DNA from: Bacteroidia bacterium
Lineage (GTDB): Bacteria; Bacteroidota; Bacteroidia; M30B66
DNA: 64,000 nt
Direction: 5' to 3'
Assembly: GCA_965279035.1 (NCBI GenBank)
Contig: OZ257142.1
Span: forward strand, 2,976,001-3,040,000
In this document: positions 26,023-34,591 of the stretch, piece after piece
How the letters are laid out: each line of letters begins with the position of its first letter
How positions within the stretch are numbered: the stretch's first letter is position 1
Notes under the pieces: model-generated
Databases searched by the model: none
Told to the model about the DNA's origin: nothing
What the model saw: only the letters and a program-made list of their open reading frames with translations
Made by a program: the position numbers and the translations under genes

Positions 26023-28887
26023 TCAAGCACTTAATTTTTGAATAACGAGTTCTATCGTATTTCCAATGATTGGAATATGCTTTTTGAGTAAATCTAAATT
26101 ATGCTCTTCAGCAGCCTGTTCTGTTTCGGGTAAGATATCTTTCAAACTGATAATTCCCATGTCTTTGATTGATGGCTTTAAGCGGTGTGCATAAGCTTTC
26201 ATATCTGTATAATTCTCTTCTGCTAAGGCCTTTTTCAATTTTGCTAAAGTATTTGGTACTTCTTTTATGAAAATCGATACCATATGATTTAGAAATTCTT
26301 TGTCTCCCCTACTGAGTTTTTCGAGTTTTGATAAATCGTAAAGAGGAAAATCACTTGCTTGAATTTCAGATTGAACGATTGGTTCAATAGAAGCTGTTTG
26401 AGGCAAAATTTGAACGTCCGTTTTTAATAAACTCGTAATCTTCGCTATCAAATCTTCTTCTTCAAATGGTTTTGCTAAAAAATCGTTCATTCCACTTTCT
26501 TTGCATTTTATCTGCATAGGTAGAAGTACATTCGCTGTTAAGGCGATAATTGGAAATTCATTCCCATAGAGTTCACGAATCCTTCGGGTTGTTTCTAGTC
26601 CATCAATACCGGGCATTTGTATATCCATGAGAATAATATCCGGTTTGAATTGTTTTAATAAATCCAAGGCGATATACCCATCTTCTGCTTCGGTAAGTTC
26701 AATCCCATAAGGCATAAGCATCGAACTTGCAACAATTCTATTCGTTGGATTGTCTTCAACCAAGAGCACTTTTTTGCTTTTTAAATTGAAAATAGAATCG
26801 GGAAGAATGTTTTTTTCTTGTTGAATTGGTGCTGTTGAAATTTCAAATGGAAATTCAATAGTGACAGTAGTACCTGAACCTTTTTGACTACTCAAATTCA
26901 ATTTCCCATCCATCAATTTTACCAATTCACTGGTAATGGTCATTCCTAATCCAGTTCCACCATATTGTTTAGAAACACGTTGATCTTCCTGAGTAAATTT
27001 CTCAAATATTTTATTTAAGAAATCGCCTTCCATCCCAATACCAGTATCAGAGACACTCATCCGAATGAGTTGATTATTTCCTTCCGAACGAATTAAACTG
27101 CATTGAATGGTAATACTTCCTTCACTTGTAAATTTGATCGCATTACTTAATAAATTCATCATGATTTGATTGAGACGCGATGGATCTCCAATTAACCAAG
27201 GTGAAATGCGATTGTCGTAATTATAAAAAATGGCCACCCCTTTTTCTTCCGCTTTATATCCTAAAATATTGACCGATTTTTCTATGGATTCTTTTAAACT
27301 AAATTGAATTTTTTCGATGGTTAATTTGCCCGCTTCCAGCTTAGAATAGTCGAGCACATCATTTAAAATGACCAGTAAATTTTTTGCCGAATTATTAATA
27401 TGATTTAAGTATTTATCTTGAACTGGATCTAATTCTGTTTTTGCCATTAAAGCACCCAAACCAATGATAGCATTCATCGGAGTTCGAATTTCGTGGCTCA
27501 TATTAGCAATAAAGGAATCGCGTGCTATAACCGATTGATCGGCTCGTTCTTTTTCTTCAATTAATTCAGATTGAAGTTTCTTTTGATTGGTAATATCGAG
27601 GTGAATTCCAATAGAACCAATTTGAACACCATCATCATTAAAACGAGGAGCCCCAGAAATAAGCCACCATTTTTCTTCTCCATTTCGAATAGTAACAGGC
27701 ATTTCGTATGCATCTGAAATCCCTTTCTGACGTAAATTAATCTTCTCTTCGATTAATTCATCATGCGAATGAGAAATAAATAATTCAGATGCATTTTTAC
27801 CAATTAATTCATCCAATGAATAGCCACTCATTTTGCAAAAACTTTGATTGGCATATTGAATGGTTTCATCCGTATTGACTTCGAGAATCCCTAGATTCAT
27901 ATTCTCGATAATTGAACGGTATTTTTCTTCTCGCCTACGTAGCTTGTTTTCTTGCGTTTTTCGTTCGGTTATATCCCGGTATTTCCAGAGGTTTCCTCGG
28001 TATTCATCATCAATAAAAAGAGGAATGTAATCACGTTCAAATACGCGCCCATCAGCTAAATCTAATTCTTCATTTACTACAAGTTCTCTTTTTTCTAAAA
28101 GTTGTTTTATTCGTTGAATAAATAAATCAGAATCCAGAAATAATTGAGCAGTTTCTTTTGCTGTATTTTCACAATTTATTCCAATCATTTTTTCGGCTGG
28201 AACTGGAACTCGAAATAATTGACAGAATGTTTGATTCACTAAAGCGATATCTCGGTTTTCGTCTTCCACCAAAACACCCATTTGAATGTTCTCGAGAAGT
28301 CCAGAAAATCGACGTGCAATAATTTTAAATTGCTCCTCAATTACTTTTTGGTAGGTGATGTCGATTGTTTCACCTAGAATCAAAACCGGAACGCCTTGAG
28401 TATCACGTTCAATGATTTGTGCTTTTTCTAAAACCCAACGGTAATCACCATCAACAGTCATTAATTGACAGGTTGTTTGGATTGTATCTTCGAGATGATC
28501 TTCCGAATTAATTAAATCTACTATGATTGAATATCCTTCGGGATTTCCAATAAGACGAAGTTGAGTAATTACTTCATTTAATTCATCATTATGAATTCCG
28601 AATTTTTTACAAAATCCAGGAGAAAAAGAGGCGATTCGGTTTTTTATATCTAAATGCCAAATACCATCACCATCGAAATCAAAGCCTTTCGCTTCGGAGC
28701 GTTTACCACCAGGAGTTGAAAAAGCAACATTGTTTTTTAAGATCCGAGACGCATTTAAAGCAGTAGAAAATTTCTTTTCTAATTCATGAATTCGGCGTTC
28801 GGCTTTTTTTAATTCCGATTCAGCACGAATACGAGATTCTCGTTCGTTAATTAATACTTGCTTTAAATCATCCTCTTGATTTAACAT
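26023..28887 (-). CDS. Cytoplasmic hybrid sensor kinase (PAS x3, HisKA, HATPase, REC, Hpt)
   Basis: ANMSHEIRTPMN, NLLSNAIKFT, DTGIG, GGTGLG, VEDN..LMDIQMP, AHRLKPS; no TM segment seen. Confidence 0.93.
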   Translation of the reverse strand: MLNQEDDLKQVLINERESRIRAESELKKAERRIHELEKKFSTALNASRILKNNVAFSTPGGKRSEAKGFDFDGDGIWHLDIKNRIASFSPGFCKKFGIHNDELNEVITQLRLIGNPEGYSIIVDLINSEDHLEDTIQTTCQLMTVDGDYRWVLEKAQIIERDTQGVPVLILGETIDITYQKVIEEQFKIIARRFSGLLENIQMGVLVEDENRDIALVNQTFCQLFRVPVPAEKMIGINCENTAKETAQLFLDSDLFIQRIKQLLEKRELVVNEELDLADGRVFERDYIPLFIDDEYRGNLWKYRDITERKTQENKLRRREEKYRSIIENMNLGILEVNTDETIQYANQSFCKMSGYSLDELIGKNASELFISHSHDELIEEKINLRQKGISDAYEMPVTIRNGEEKWWLISGAPRFNDDGVQIGSIGIHLDITNQKKLQSELIEEKERADQSVIARDSFIANMSHEIRTPMNAIIGLGALMAKTELDPVQDKYLNHINNSAKNLLVILNDVLDYSKLEAGKLTIEKIQFSLKESIEKSVNILGYKAEEKGVAIFYNYDNRISPWLIGDPSRLNQIMMNLLSNAIKFTSEGSITIQCSLIRSEGNNQLIRMSVSDTGIGMEGDFLNKIFEKFTQEDQRVSKQYGGTGLGMTITSELVKLMDGKLNLSSQKGSGTTVTIEFPFEISTAPIQQEKNILPDSIFNLKSKKVLLVEDNPTNRIVASSMLMPYGIELTEAEDGYIALDLLKQFKPDIILMDIQMPGIDGLETTRRIRELYGNEFPIIALTANVLLPMQIKCKESGMNDFLAKPFEEEDLIAKITSLLKTDVQILPQTASIEPIVQSEIQASDFPLYDLSKLEKLSRGDKEFLNHMVSIFIKEVPNTLAKLKKALAEENYTDMKAYAHRLKPSIKDMGIISLKDILPETEQAAEEHNLDLLKKHIPIIGNTIELVIQKLSA

Positions 28888-29186
28888 TGCTGAATTTGAA
28901 TTTCTCCTGAAGCAATTAACTCATATAATTTTGTCTTTCCAATCTCGAGCAAAACAGCCGTCTTTACAACATTATAGCTATTCTCTTCGAGACATTGTTG
29001 AATGATTCTCCGATTAATTTCTTTCAAACTTAATCCACGATACAACACGCTTAAGAATTCTTTAGCTCCTTCAATTTCGGTTATTTCCTCTTCATTTTTT
29101 TTACATAACTGAATGAGAGAATCCGAATTCCAAGGATCACTTTTTTTGAGAACAATTTTCAATGCAGTATTTTTCATATGCTTCAA
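28881..29186 (-). CDS. Small Fis-type HTH protein
   Basis: C-terminal SLKEINRRIIQQCLEENSYNVVKTAVLLEIGKTKLYELI; overlaps both neighbours. Confidence 0.75.
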   Translation of the reverse strand: MKHMKNTALKIVLKKSDPWNSDSLIQLCKKNEEEITEIEGAKEFLSVLYRGLSLKEINRRIIQQCLEENSYNVVKTAVLLEIGKTKLYELIASGEIQIQQC

Positions 29187-30274
29187 ATTGTTACTCCAGT
29201 ATCAGTCATTTCATAGCGACGAATAAAGCGATACCAACGATTGAAATTAGTGATAGTATGCACAATCTTCGTGTAGGCAATCACAATAAAAAACTGAATA
29301 ATTAGAATAAAGAAAAGTGAAAATCCACTGTATATCATTCCAATAGTAAAAGGCAAAATACTGGTATGTAGTGTGAGGATTCTTAAGGTAGCAATTTTAT
29401 GAGGAATTCGATTGCGAATAATCCAGTGATGTAAATGGTTTCGATCTGCAGAATACGGCGATCTACCTTGTGAAATACGAAAGGCAAAAACACGCAGCGT
29501 ATCGGTAACTGGAACGATTAACAATGCTGATAAAATAGCTAAAGAATCGGCAGGAGAAAGCCATTTTTGGACAAGTTCATATTGGCGAAACGACAATCCC
29601 ATGGCGATGAAAAAGAATCCAAAAACAAGTGATCCACCATCGCCCATAAATACTTTGGCAGGTGACCAATTAAAGAATAAGAATGCTAGAACCATGGCGG
29701 CCCAAGTAACTGAAATCATAAATAAACCTTGATCAGCCGATAGATAACCAATGAATCCAAAAACTAAGAGATTTAACATGGCCATTCCGCCGGCTAAACC
29801 ATCAATTCCATCAATTAAATTAAATGCATTGGTAACACCAGTAACAGCTATAATTGTGAGAATTGCATCAAACCAAAAGGGTAATTCATTGAGTCCAAAT
29901 AATCCACCTAGATTATTAATGGTAATTCCGTTGATGACTAAAAATGCACCGCATCCGATTTGTATCATAAATCGGAATCCAGAGGAAAGATTGCGTTGAT
30001 CGTCCCAAGCACCTGTAATCATGAGCAGTAACAAAGGAGCAGAAACGGCAATGTGCTCATACCAAAATTCACGTACCGATCCAAAAATGAGGGTCATTTC
30101 AATCCAGGTAATTCCTAATGCCAAACCACCAATTGCAGGAATCGCCTTTTTATGGGTTTTACGTTCATCGGGCTTGTCTAATAAACTGAATTTATGAAAC
30201 AGTTTAATGAGCAAGGGAAGTTGGACAATCACGAGGATTGTTCCAGTAAGTAGTTCTATCCAGAAGCTTTTCAT
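29183..30274 (-). CDS. wecA: Undecaprenyl-phosphate HexNAc-1-phosphate transferase (WecA/MraY family)
   Basis: DKPDERKTH..PAIGG, WDD, NAFNLIDGIDGL, FMGDGGS, ADRNHLHH. Confidence 0.88.
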   Translation of the reverse strand: MKSFWIELLTGTILVIVQLPLLIKLFHKFSLLDKPDERKTHKKAIPAIGGLALGITWIEMTLIFGSVREFWYEHIAVSAPLLLLMITGAWDDQRNLSSGFRFMIQIGCGAFLVINGITINNLGGLFGLNELPFWFDAILTIIAVTGVTNAFNLIDGIDGLAGGMAMLNLLVFGFIGYLSADQGLFMISVTWAAMVLAFLFFNWSPAKVFMGDGGSLVFGFFFIAMGLSFRQYELVQKWLSPADSLAILSALLIVPVTDTLRVFAFRISQGRSPYSADRNHLHHWIIRNRIPHKIATLRILTLHTSILPFTIGMIYSGFSLFFILIIQFFIVIAYTKIVHTITNFNRWYRFIRRYEMTDTGVTI

Positions 30275-30277
30275 AAA

Positions 30278-31525
30278 TCAACGTTTTTCAAAAAAGTGGT
30301 AAGTGTGACGTAAATGCGGTATTCCAAACTGATCAAATTCTTCTTTCCTAAATACACGAGAAGCAATGGATACCAATCGTTTTGAAGGGCGGCCTTCATA
30401 CACGCGTTTTACGAGATGCAAATAGCGCGAAGCGATTGTTTCCCATGTGTAGCGTTTTAATGCAATCTGTTTCATGACAGAAGCATTTTCGTTTAATTTT
30501 TCGATGTTGATATTGCTCAGAATTTCTGATAAGGTTCGAGCATCTTTAAAATAAATGGCATGTCCTTGCGTGGTGGTGACATTGTATTTTACACCAAAGG
30601 CAATCACAGCACAACCGAGATACATAGCTTCAACAAGGGAAGGATTTGTTCCACCAGCTGAATGACCATGCACGTAGGCTACAGCCGTGCTGCGCAATAC
30701 ATCCAATGTGCGTTGATCGTAGATTGGATCGAGAATGATCAGATTAGAAAATGTAGCATATTTTTCCCGAAGTGCTTTTCCATATTCGCTATGGTTCCAA
30801 TTTCCAACAAACACGTAAGTTTTATCGGTGAATTCGGAAAATGCTTTTAATAAAATGTGCACATTGTTTTCGGGTTCAATGCGACAAACACTGAAATAAT
30901 AAGGAGCATTTAAGAAAGGATATTTCTCACGATCCTCCGGAATTGGTTCTTGAAAAGAGGCATGATCAGCGCCATATTCGATAATATGACTCAGGCTCTT
31001 ATATCGAATCGCAGTATAATCCTGAATTGCTTCATTGTCGGCAATATCAGCATCGCTGAATTTTACAGCCAAATATTCCGCAAACCACAAATACCAACGT
31101 GCATATTTGCCCCATTTAGCTCGCTTCCATTCAATTCCATCGATAGAAACAATGAGCTTTCGTCGCGTAAACCATTTCACAAAAGGAAATAAAAATCCAC
31201 CACTTACGCCCAGTACTATTAATACATCCGAAAATAAAACGGCATGTAGTATACTCAAACAATCGTATAAAATGGACGATTTTCCATTTGCATCCAAGGG
31301 AATATAAACCAGTTTTGCGCCTTTATACGATTTTAAACGTTCCGATTTCTTATATTTTTTACCACTGCAATAGACTGTCATATCGCAGCTTTCGGACATA
31401 TTTGTTGCAAGATGCTCTGCCAATGTTTCAAAACCACCATAGCAGGCTGGCAATCCTACGGTACCTATTACGGCAACACGGGTTTTGCGCTTTTCTTTTC
31501 CGTTCGTTTGTTCTGGTGTTTTCAT
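30278..31525 (-). CDS. DUF1972/GT4 glycosyltransferase (WchF/Cps2T-like, possible rhamnosyltransferase)
   Basis: IGTVGLPACYGGFET, DGIEWKRAKW, RIEPENN, HGHSAGGTNPSLVEAM. Confidence 0.88.
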   Translation of the reverse strand: MKTPEQTNGKEKRKTRVAVIGTVGLPACYGGFETLAEHLATNMSESCDMTVYCSGKKYKKSERLKSYKGAKLVYIPLDANGKSSILYDCLSILHAVLFSDVLIVLGVSGGFLFPFVKWFTRRKLIVSIDGIEWKRAKWGKYARWYLWFAEYLAVKFSDADIADNEAIQDYTAIRYKSLSHIIEYGADHASFQEPIPEDREKYPFLNAPYYFSVCRIEPENNVHILLKAFSEFTDKTYVFVGNWNHSEYGKALREKYATFSNLIILDPIYDQRTLDVLRSTAVAYVHGHSAGGTNPSLVEAMYLGCAVIAFGVKYNVTTTQGHAIYFKDARTLSEILSNINIEKLNENASVMKQIALKRYTWETIASRYLHLVKRVYEGRPSKRLVSIASRVFRKEEFDQFGIPHLRHTYHFFEKR

Positions 31526-32571
31526 GAGTTCAAATCGGTATAAGAAATAGTTGAAACGGTATTTTCATCAATTGATTGACGAGAGAAATTGTGTGTTAAT
31601 TCGTGTATTTTATGATGTAGTGATTCATAGTTTCGTGAATCGATTAACCAACCATCATCGGGTTCTGAAACAATTTCTGCCGGACCACCAATAGGCGGAG
31701 CAATGACCCGAATGCCATAGGCTTTAGCTTCTAAAATGGTCATTCCAAATGTTTCTATCCATTGATCAGGCAGACTTAAATTCATGACTAAATCGGCTTG
31801 TTGATAAGCGGGATGCGTATTGCGTGTTGGTGATAGAATTTCGCAATTCGCAGGTGGTTTTTCTTTTTCAATAAAATCTTGAATATCTCCTTCGGAAGCA
31901 TTTAACATTAATCGAAAACGTACATGTGGAAAATCTTTGGCTAAGCGGGTAAAAACATACACGCCTTTATATTCTTTTAAACTACAAAGCATCAACACGG
32001 TGAAAGGGCCTTTCGGTTTCACTTTTCCGTGCTTTTTCACTTCGGCAAGAAACTCTTTATCCAAGCGATTATGGATAACACCTTGAATTGGTTTTTTAAA
32101 TTGAAAACAACTTTTCAAATAATGTGAAACAAAAATCATTTCACGGGTGCAATGCTCCGAAATGAAACAAAGAAAACGGAATAATGAAGCGGGTTTTACA
32201 CTTACTTCATGCATGTGCTGAATGGTATGAACACCCCGAATTTTCGCTGCTATTAATGCTCCAAATGGCAATAAGGTATTGACATGAACAGTATCATTCT
32301 TTTTCAGTTTTACTAATAAAGACGTAAATAAATACACCTGAACATAGAGAAAATTCAAGAGTGTAATATATTTTTTCGGGCTCCAGGAATAGGGTAAATG
32401 ATGATAGTGAACACCTTCAATATCCGACAGGAAGCCCTTGCTATTTGAAGTATACAGATGAACATCTTTTCCAGCTTCCACATAATCCAATAGTACCATT
32501 GAAAATACAAGAGGACTTCCGCTGATGTCGTTTAATAAATGAATGCCGTATAGTTTTCCTGAATTTTTCAT
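31522..32571 (-). CDS. GT4 glycosyltransferase
   Basis: HLLNDISGSP, HMHE, EYKG, ETFGMTILEA. Confidence 0.9.
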   Translation of the reverse strand: MKNSGKLYGIHLLNDISGSPLVFSMVLLDYVEAGKDVHLYTSNSKGFLSDIEGVHYHHLPYSWSPKKYITLLNFLYVQVYLFTSLLVKLKKNDTVHVNTLLPFGALIAAKIRGVHTIQHMHEVSVKPASLFRFLCFISEHCTREMIFVSHYLKSCFQFKKPIQGVIHNRLDKEFLAEVKKHGKVKPKGPFTVLMLCSLKEYKGVYVFTRLAKDFPHVRFRLMLNASEGDIQDFIEKEKPPANCEILSPTRNTHPAYQQADLVMNLSLPDQWIETFGMTILEAKAYGIRVIAPPIGGPAEIVSEPDDGWLIDSRNYESLHHKIHELTHNFSRQSIDENTVSTISYTDLNS

Positions 32572-33890
32572 TGTGAAATGGTATTTCCGGTTAAACTAAA
32601 AAGGGTTTCATTTTGATCGGATGATGATTGGGCATTTTGAGTATTTCCAGCAACTTTACGATAGATAGCATACAGTTCGTCTGCCCGGTTTTCCCAAAGG
32701 AAAGTGCTTAAAAATCGTTGCCGTGCTAATTGGCGTTCGTGCTGATAAAATGCTGAATCATGTTTCAATCGTAGGAGTTGATCTGCAAAGGCATTTTTCC
32801 AATCAGCATTCGGATTATACTCTATTTTCAATGCTGAATCCGGATGAATAAATCGTCCTGGACCACAATTATCCCAACATAAAACTGGTACACCATAACT
32901 CAATGCTTCTGCTACAACCATTCCTGCACCTTCGTGCGATGGGAAAAGAAAAACCGAAGTGGTTTGATAAATCTTTTTCAATTCATCCCTTGGAATCCAT
33001 TCGATAATTTCGAGTTGAGCAGAAATTCCAAGTGAGATTGCTAATGCTTTTAATTTGTGTTTTTCTGGTCCACTTCCAACGAGAATTAATTTAGCTTTAT
33101 GTTTTTCAGAATCTTTGAGTTGAATATAGAATTGATGAAATGCTTCTATCGTAATATCAAAACCTTTTAATCCAACAAAACGTCCAGCAGATAAAACAAT
33201 AAACTCATCTGTTTCAATCGGTTTATCAACTTCTTCGGATGCAACAGAAGGCAAAATGGAGTACTTATTTTTCAGTCCTAATTTATTCGCTGCTTCTTGA
33301 TGCATGCAGAAAATATGATCAGCCGAATTGCGTGTTATTTTTAAGAAAGGATCTAGGTACCAAAAAACATTTTTCAGAGTCCAAAGAAATCGATCCATAA
33401 TTAAATTCCGAGTCGAATAAAATGGACGAATAAATCCTTTAGGAATACGCGGATGATGTCCTACAGGTCCCCAAACAAAAGGCTTACGCCAAATCCAAAG
33501 AAAACTAGGAGTCCAATCGTTGTGGAAATTTAAATTATGAACCACATCCACTTGATTGCGCAATGATCGAAAATGAAGCGCTAATCCGAGTTGCCAGAAA
33601 TAATAATAAATGAGACTTAAAACGGGGCCTTTTTTCCAGAATAATAATTTCTTAGGCCAATCGTAATATCGGAATTCGATACGATCATAAAGTTCATTTA
33701 ATTCGGGATGTTCCTCTTGATATTTCTCAATTGCAGGACGATTGTTTTTCCGCGTGACAGCAATGACTTTGCAATTTTTTGCGATTTGCAAAACAAAATT
33801 CCAGCCCATACCATCTTCCGAACCTTTGAACGGATTGATGGCATAGGCAGAGGCAAACACAGTAATGTTCGGAGTAGAAGTGTTTATCAT
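32568..33890 (-). CDS. GT4 glycosyltransferase
   Basis: SAYAINPFKGSEDGMGW, GRFVGLKG, FPSHEGAGMVVAEA. Confidence 0.9.
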   Translation of the reverse strand: MINTSTPNITVFASAYAINPFKGSEDGMGWNFVLQIAKNCKVIAVTRKNNRPAIEKYQEEHPELNELYDRIEFRYYDWPKKLLFWKKGPVLSLIYYYFWQLGLALHFRSLRNQVDVVHNLNFHNDWTPSFLWIWRKPFVWGPVGHHPRIPKGFIRPFYSTRNLIMDRFLWTLKNVFWYLDPFLKITRNSADHIFCMHQEAANKLGLKNKYSILPSVASEEVDKPIETDEFIVLSAGRFVGLKGFDITIEAFHQFYIQLKDSEKHKAKLILVGSGPEKHKLKALAISLGISAQLEIIEWIPRDELKKIYQTTSVFLFPSHEGAGMVVAEALSYGVPVLCWDNCGPGRFIHPDSALKIEYNPNADWKNAFADQLLRLKHDSAFYQHERQLARQRFLSTFLWENRADELYAIYRKVAGNTQNAQSSSDQNETLFSLTGNTISQ

Positions 33891-34591
33891 GCAGCAGATT
33901 GTTGATCACGTTGTTTTAAAATCCGCGCAGGTACGCCGCCAATAACAGCATAGTCGGGAAAATGTCCGGTTACAACAGCTCCGGCAGCTATCACACAATG
34001 ATTTCCGATTGTTGCACCATCCAAGATGCTTACTTTAGAACCAATCCAACATCCCGAACCAATGACAATTCCTTTGCGCGTTACTCCTTGCAAACGGATA
34101 AGTTCTTCGGGATTTATAAATACATGGTTTTCGGGATGACAAGAAAAATATTGTCCAATGATACAGTCTGAACCAATCTTCAATCCTCCACCCCCACCTA
34201 AATAAGCAAACTCGCCCATTCCAACGCGATCGCCAATTTGAATTCCGATTCCAGGTTGATTAAGCGATGTTGATGCTACAATTTGACTATACGAACCAAT
34301 ACTTACGTTTTTACCAAGTTGAATACCTTGAGTACTTAAGGCTGAAAACAAAACATGGTCGCCAGCTTTAAGCAAACGACCATAGCGAAAGGAAGAAAAA
34401 TAACGAAAACGAACACCAGAACCGAGCATCATCATTTTAGGAGAACGCCCTCTGAGAAGGACTTTGAAACCTCTCAGTAATTGAAACACGGTTTGAATTC
34501 CAAAACTCCAAAGCATTTTGCCAGTTACGGCTTCATGCATGTTGAAGTCAGGATTTCGTACTTGAATGAGTCGAGTGTATAGGTGTTTCAT
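33887..34591 (-). CDS. Hexapeptide-repeat (LbH) O-acyltransferase
   Basis: IQIGDRVG, LKIGSDCIIG, ENH, IVIGSGCWIG..GATIGNHCVIAAGAVV..GGVPAR. ATG 34591 preferred (track 34642). Confidence 0.9.
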   Translation of the reverse strand: MKHLYTRLIQVRNPDFNMHEAVTGKMLWSFGIQTVFQLLRGFKVLLRGRSPKMMMLGSGVRFRYFSSFRYGRLLKAGDHVLFSALSTQGIQLGKNVSIGSYSQIVASTSLNQPGIGIQIGDRVGMGEFAYLGGGGGLKIGSDCIIGQYFSCHPENHVFINPEELIRLQGVTRKGIVIGSGCWIGSKVSILDGATIGNHCVIAAGAVVTGHFPDYAVIGGVPARILKQRDQQSAA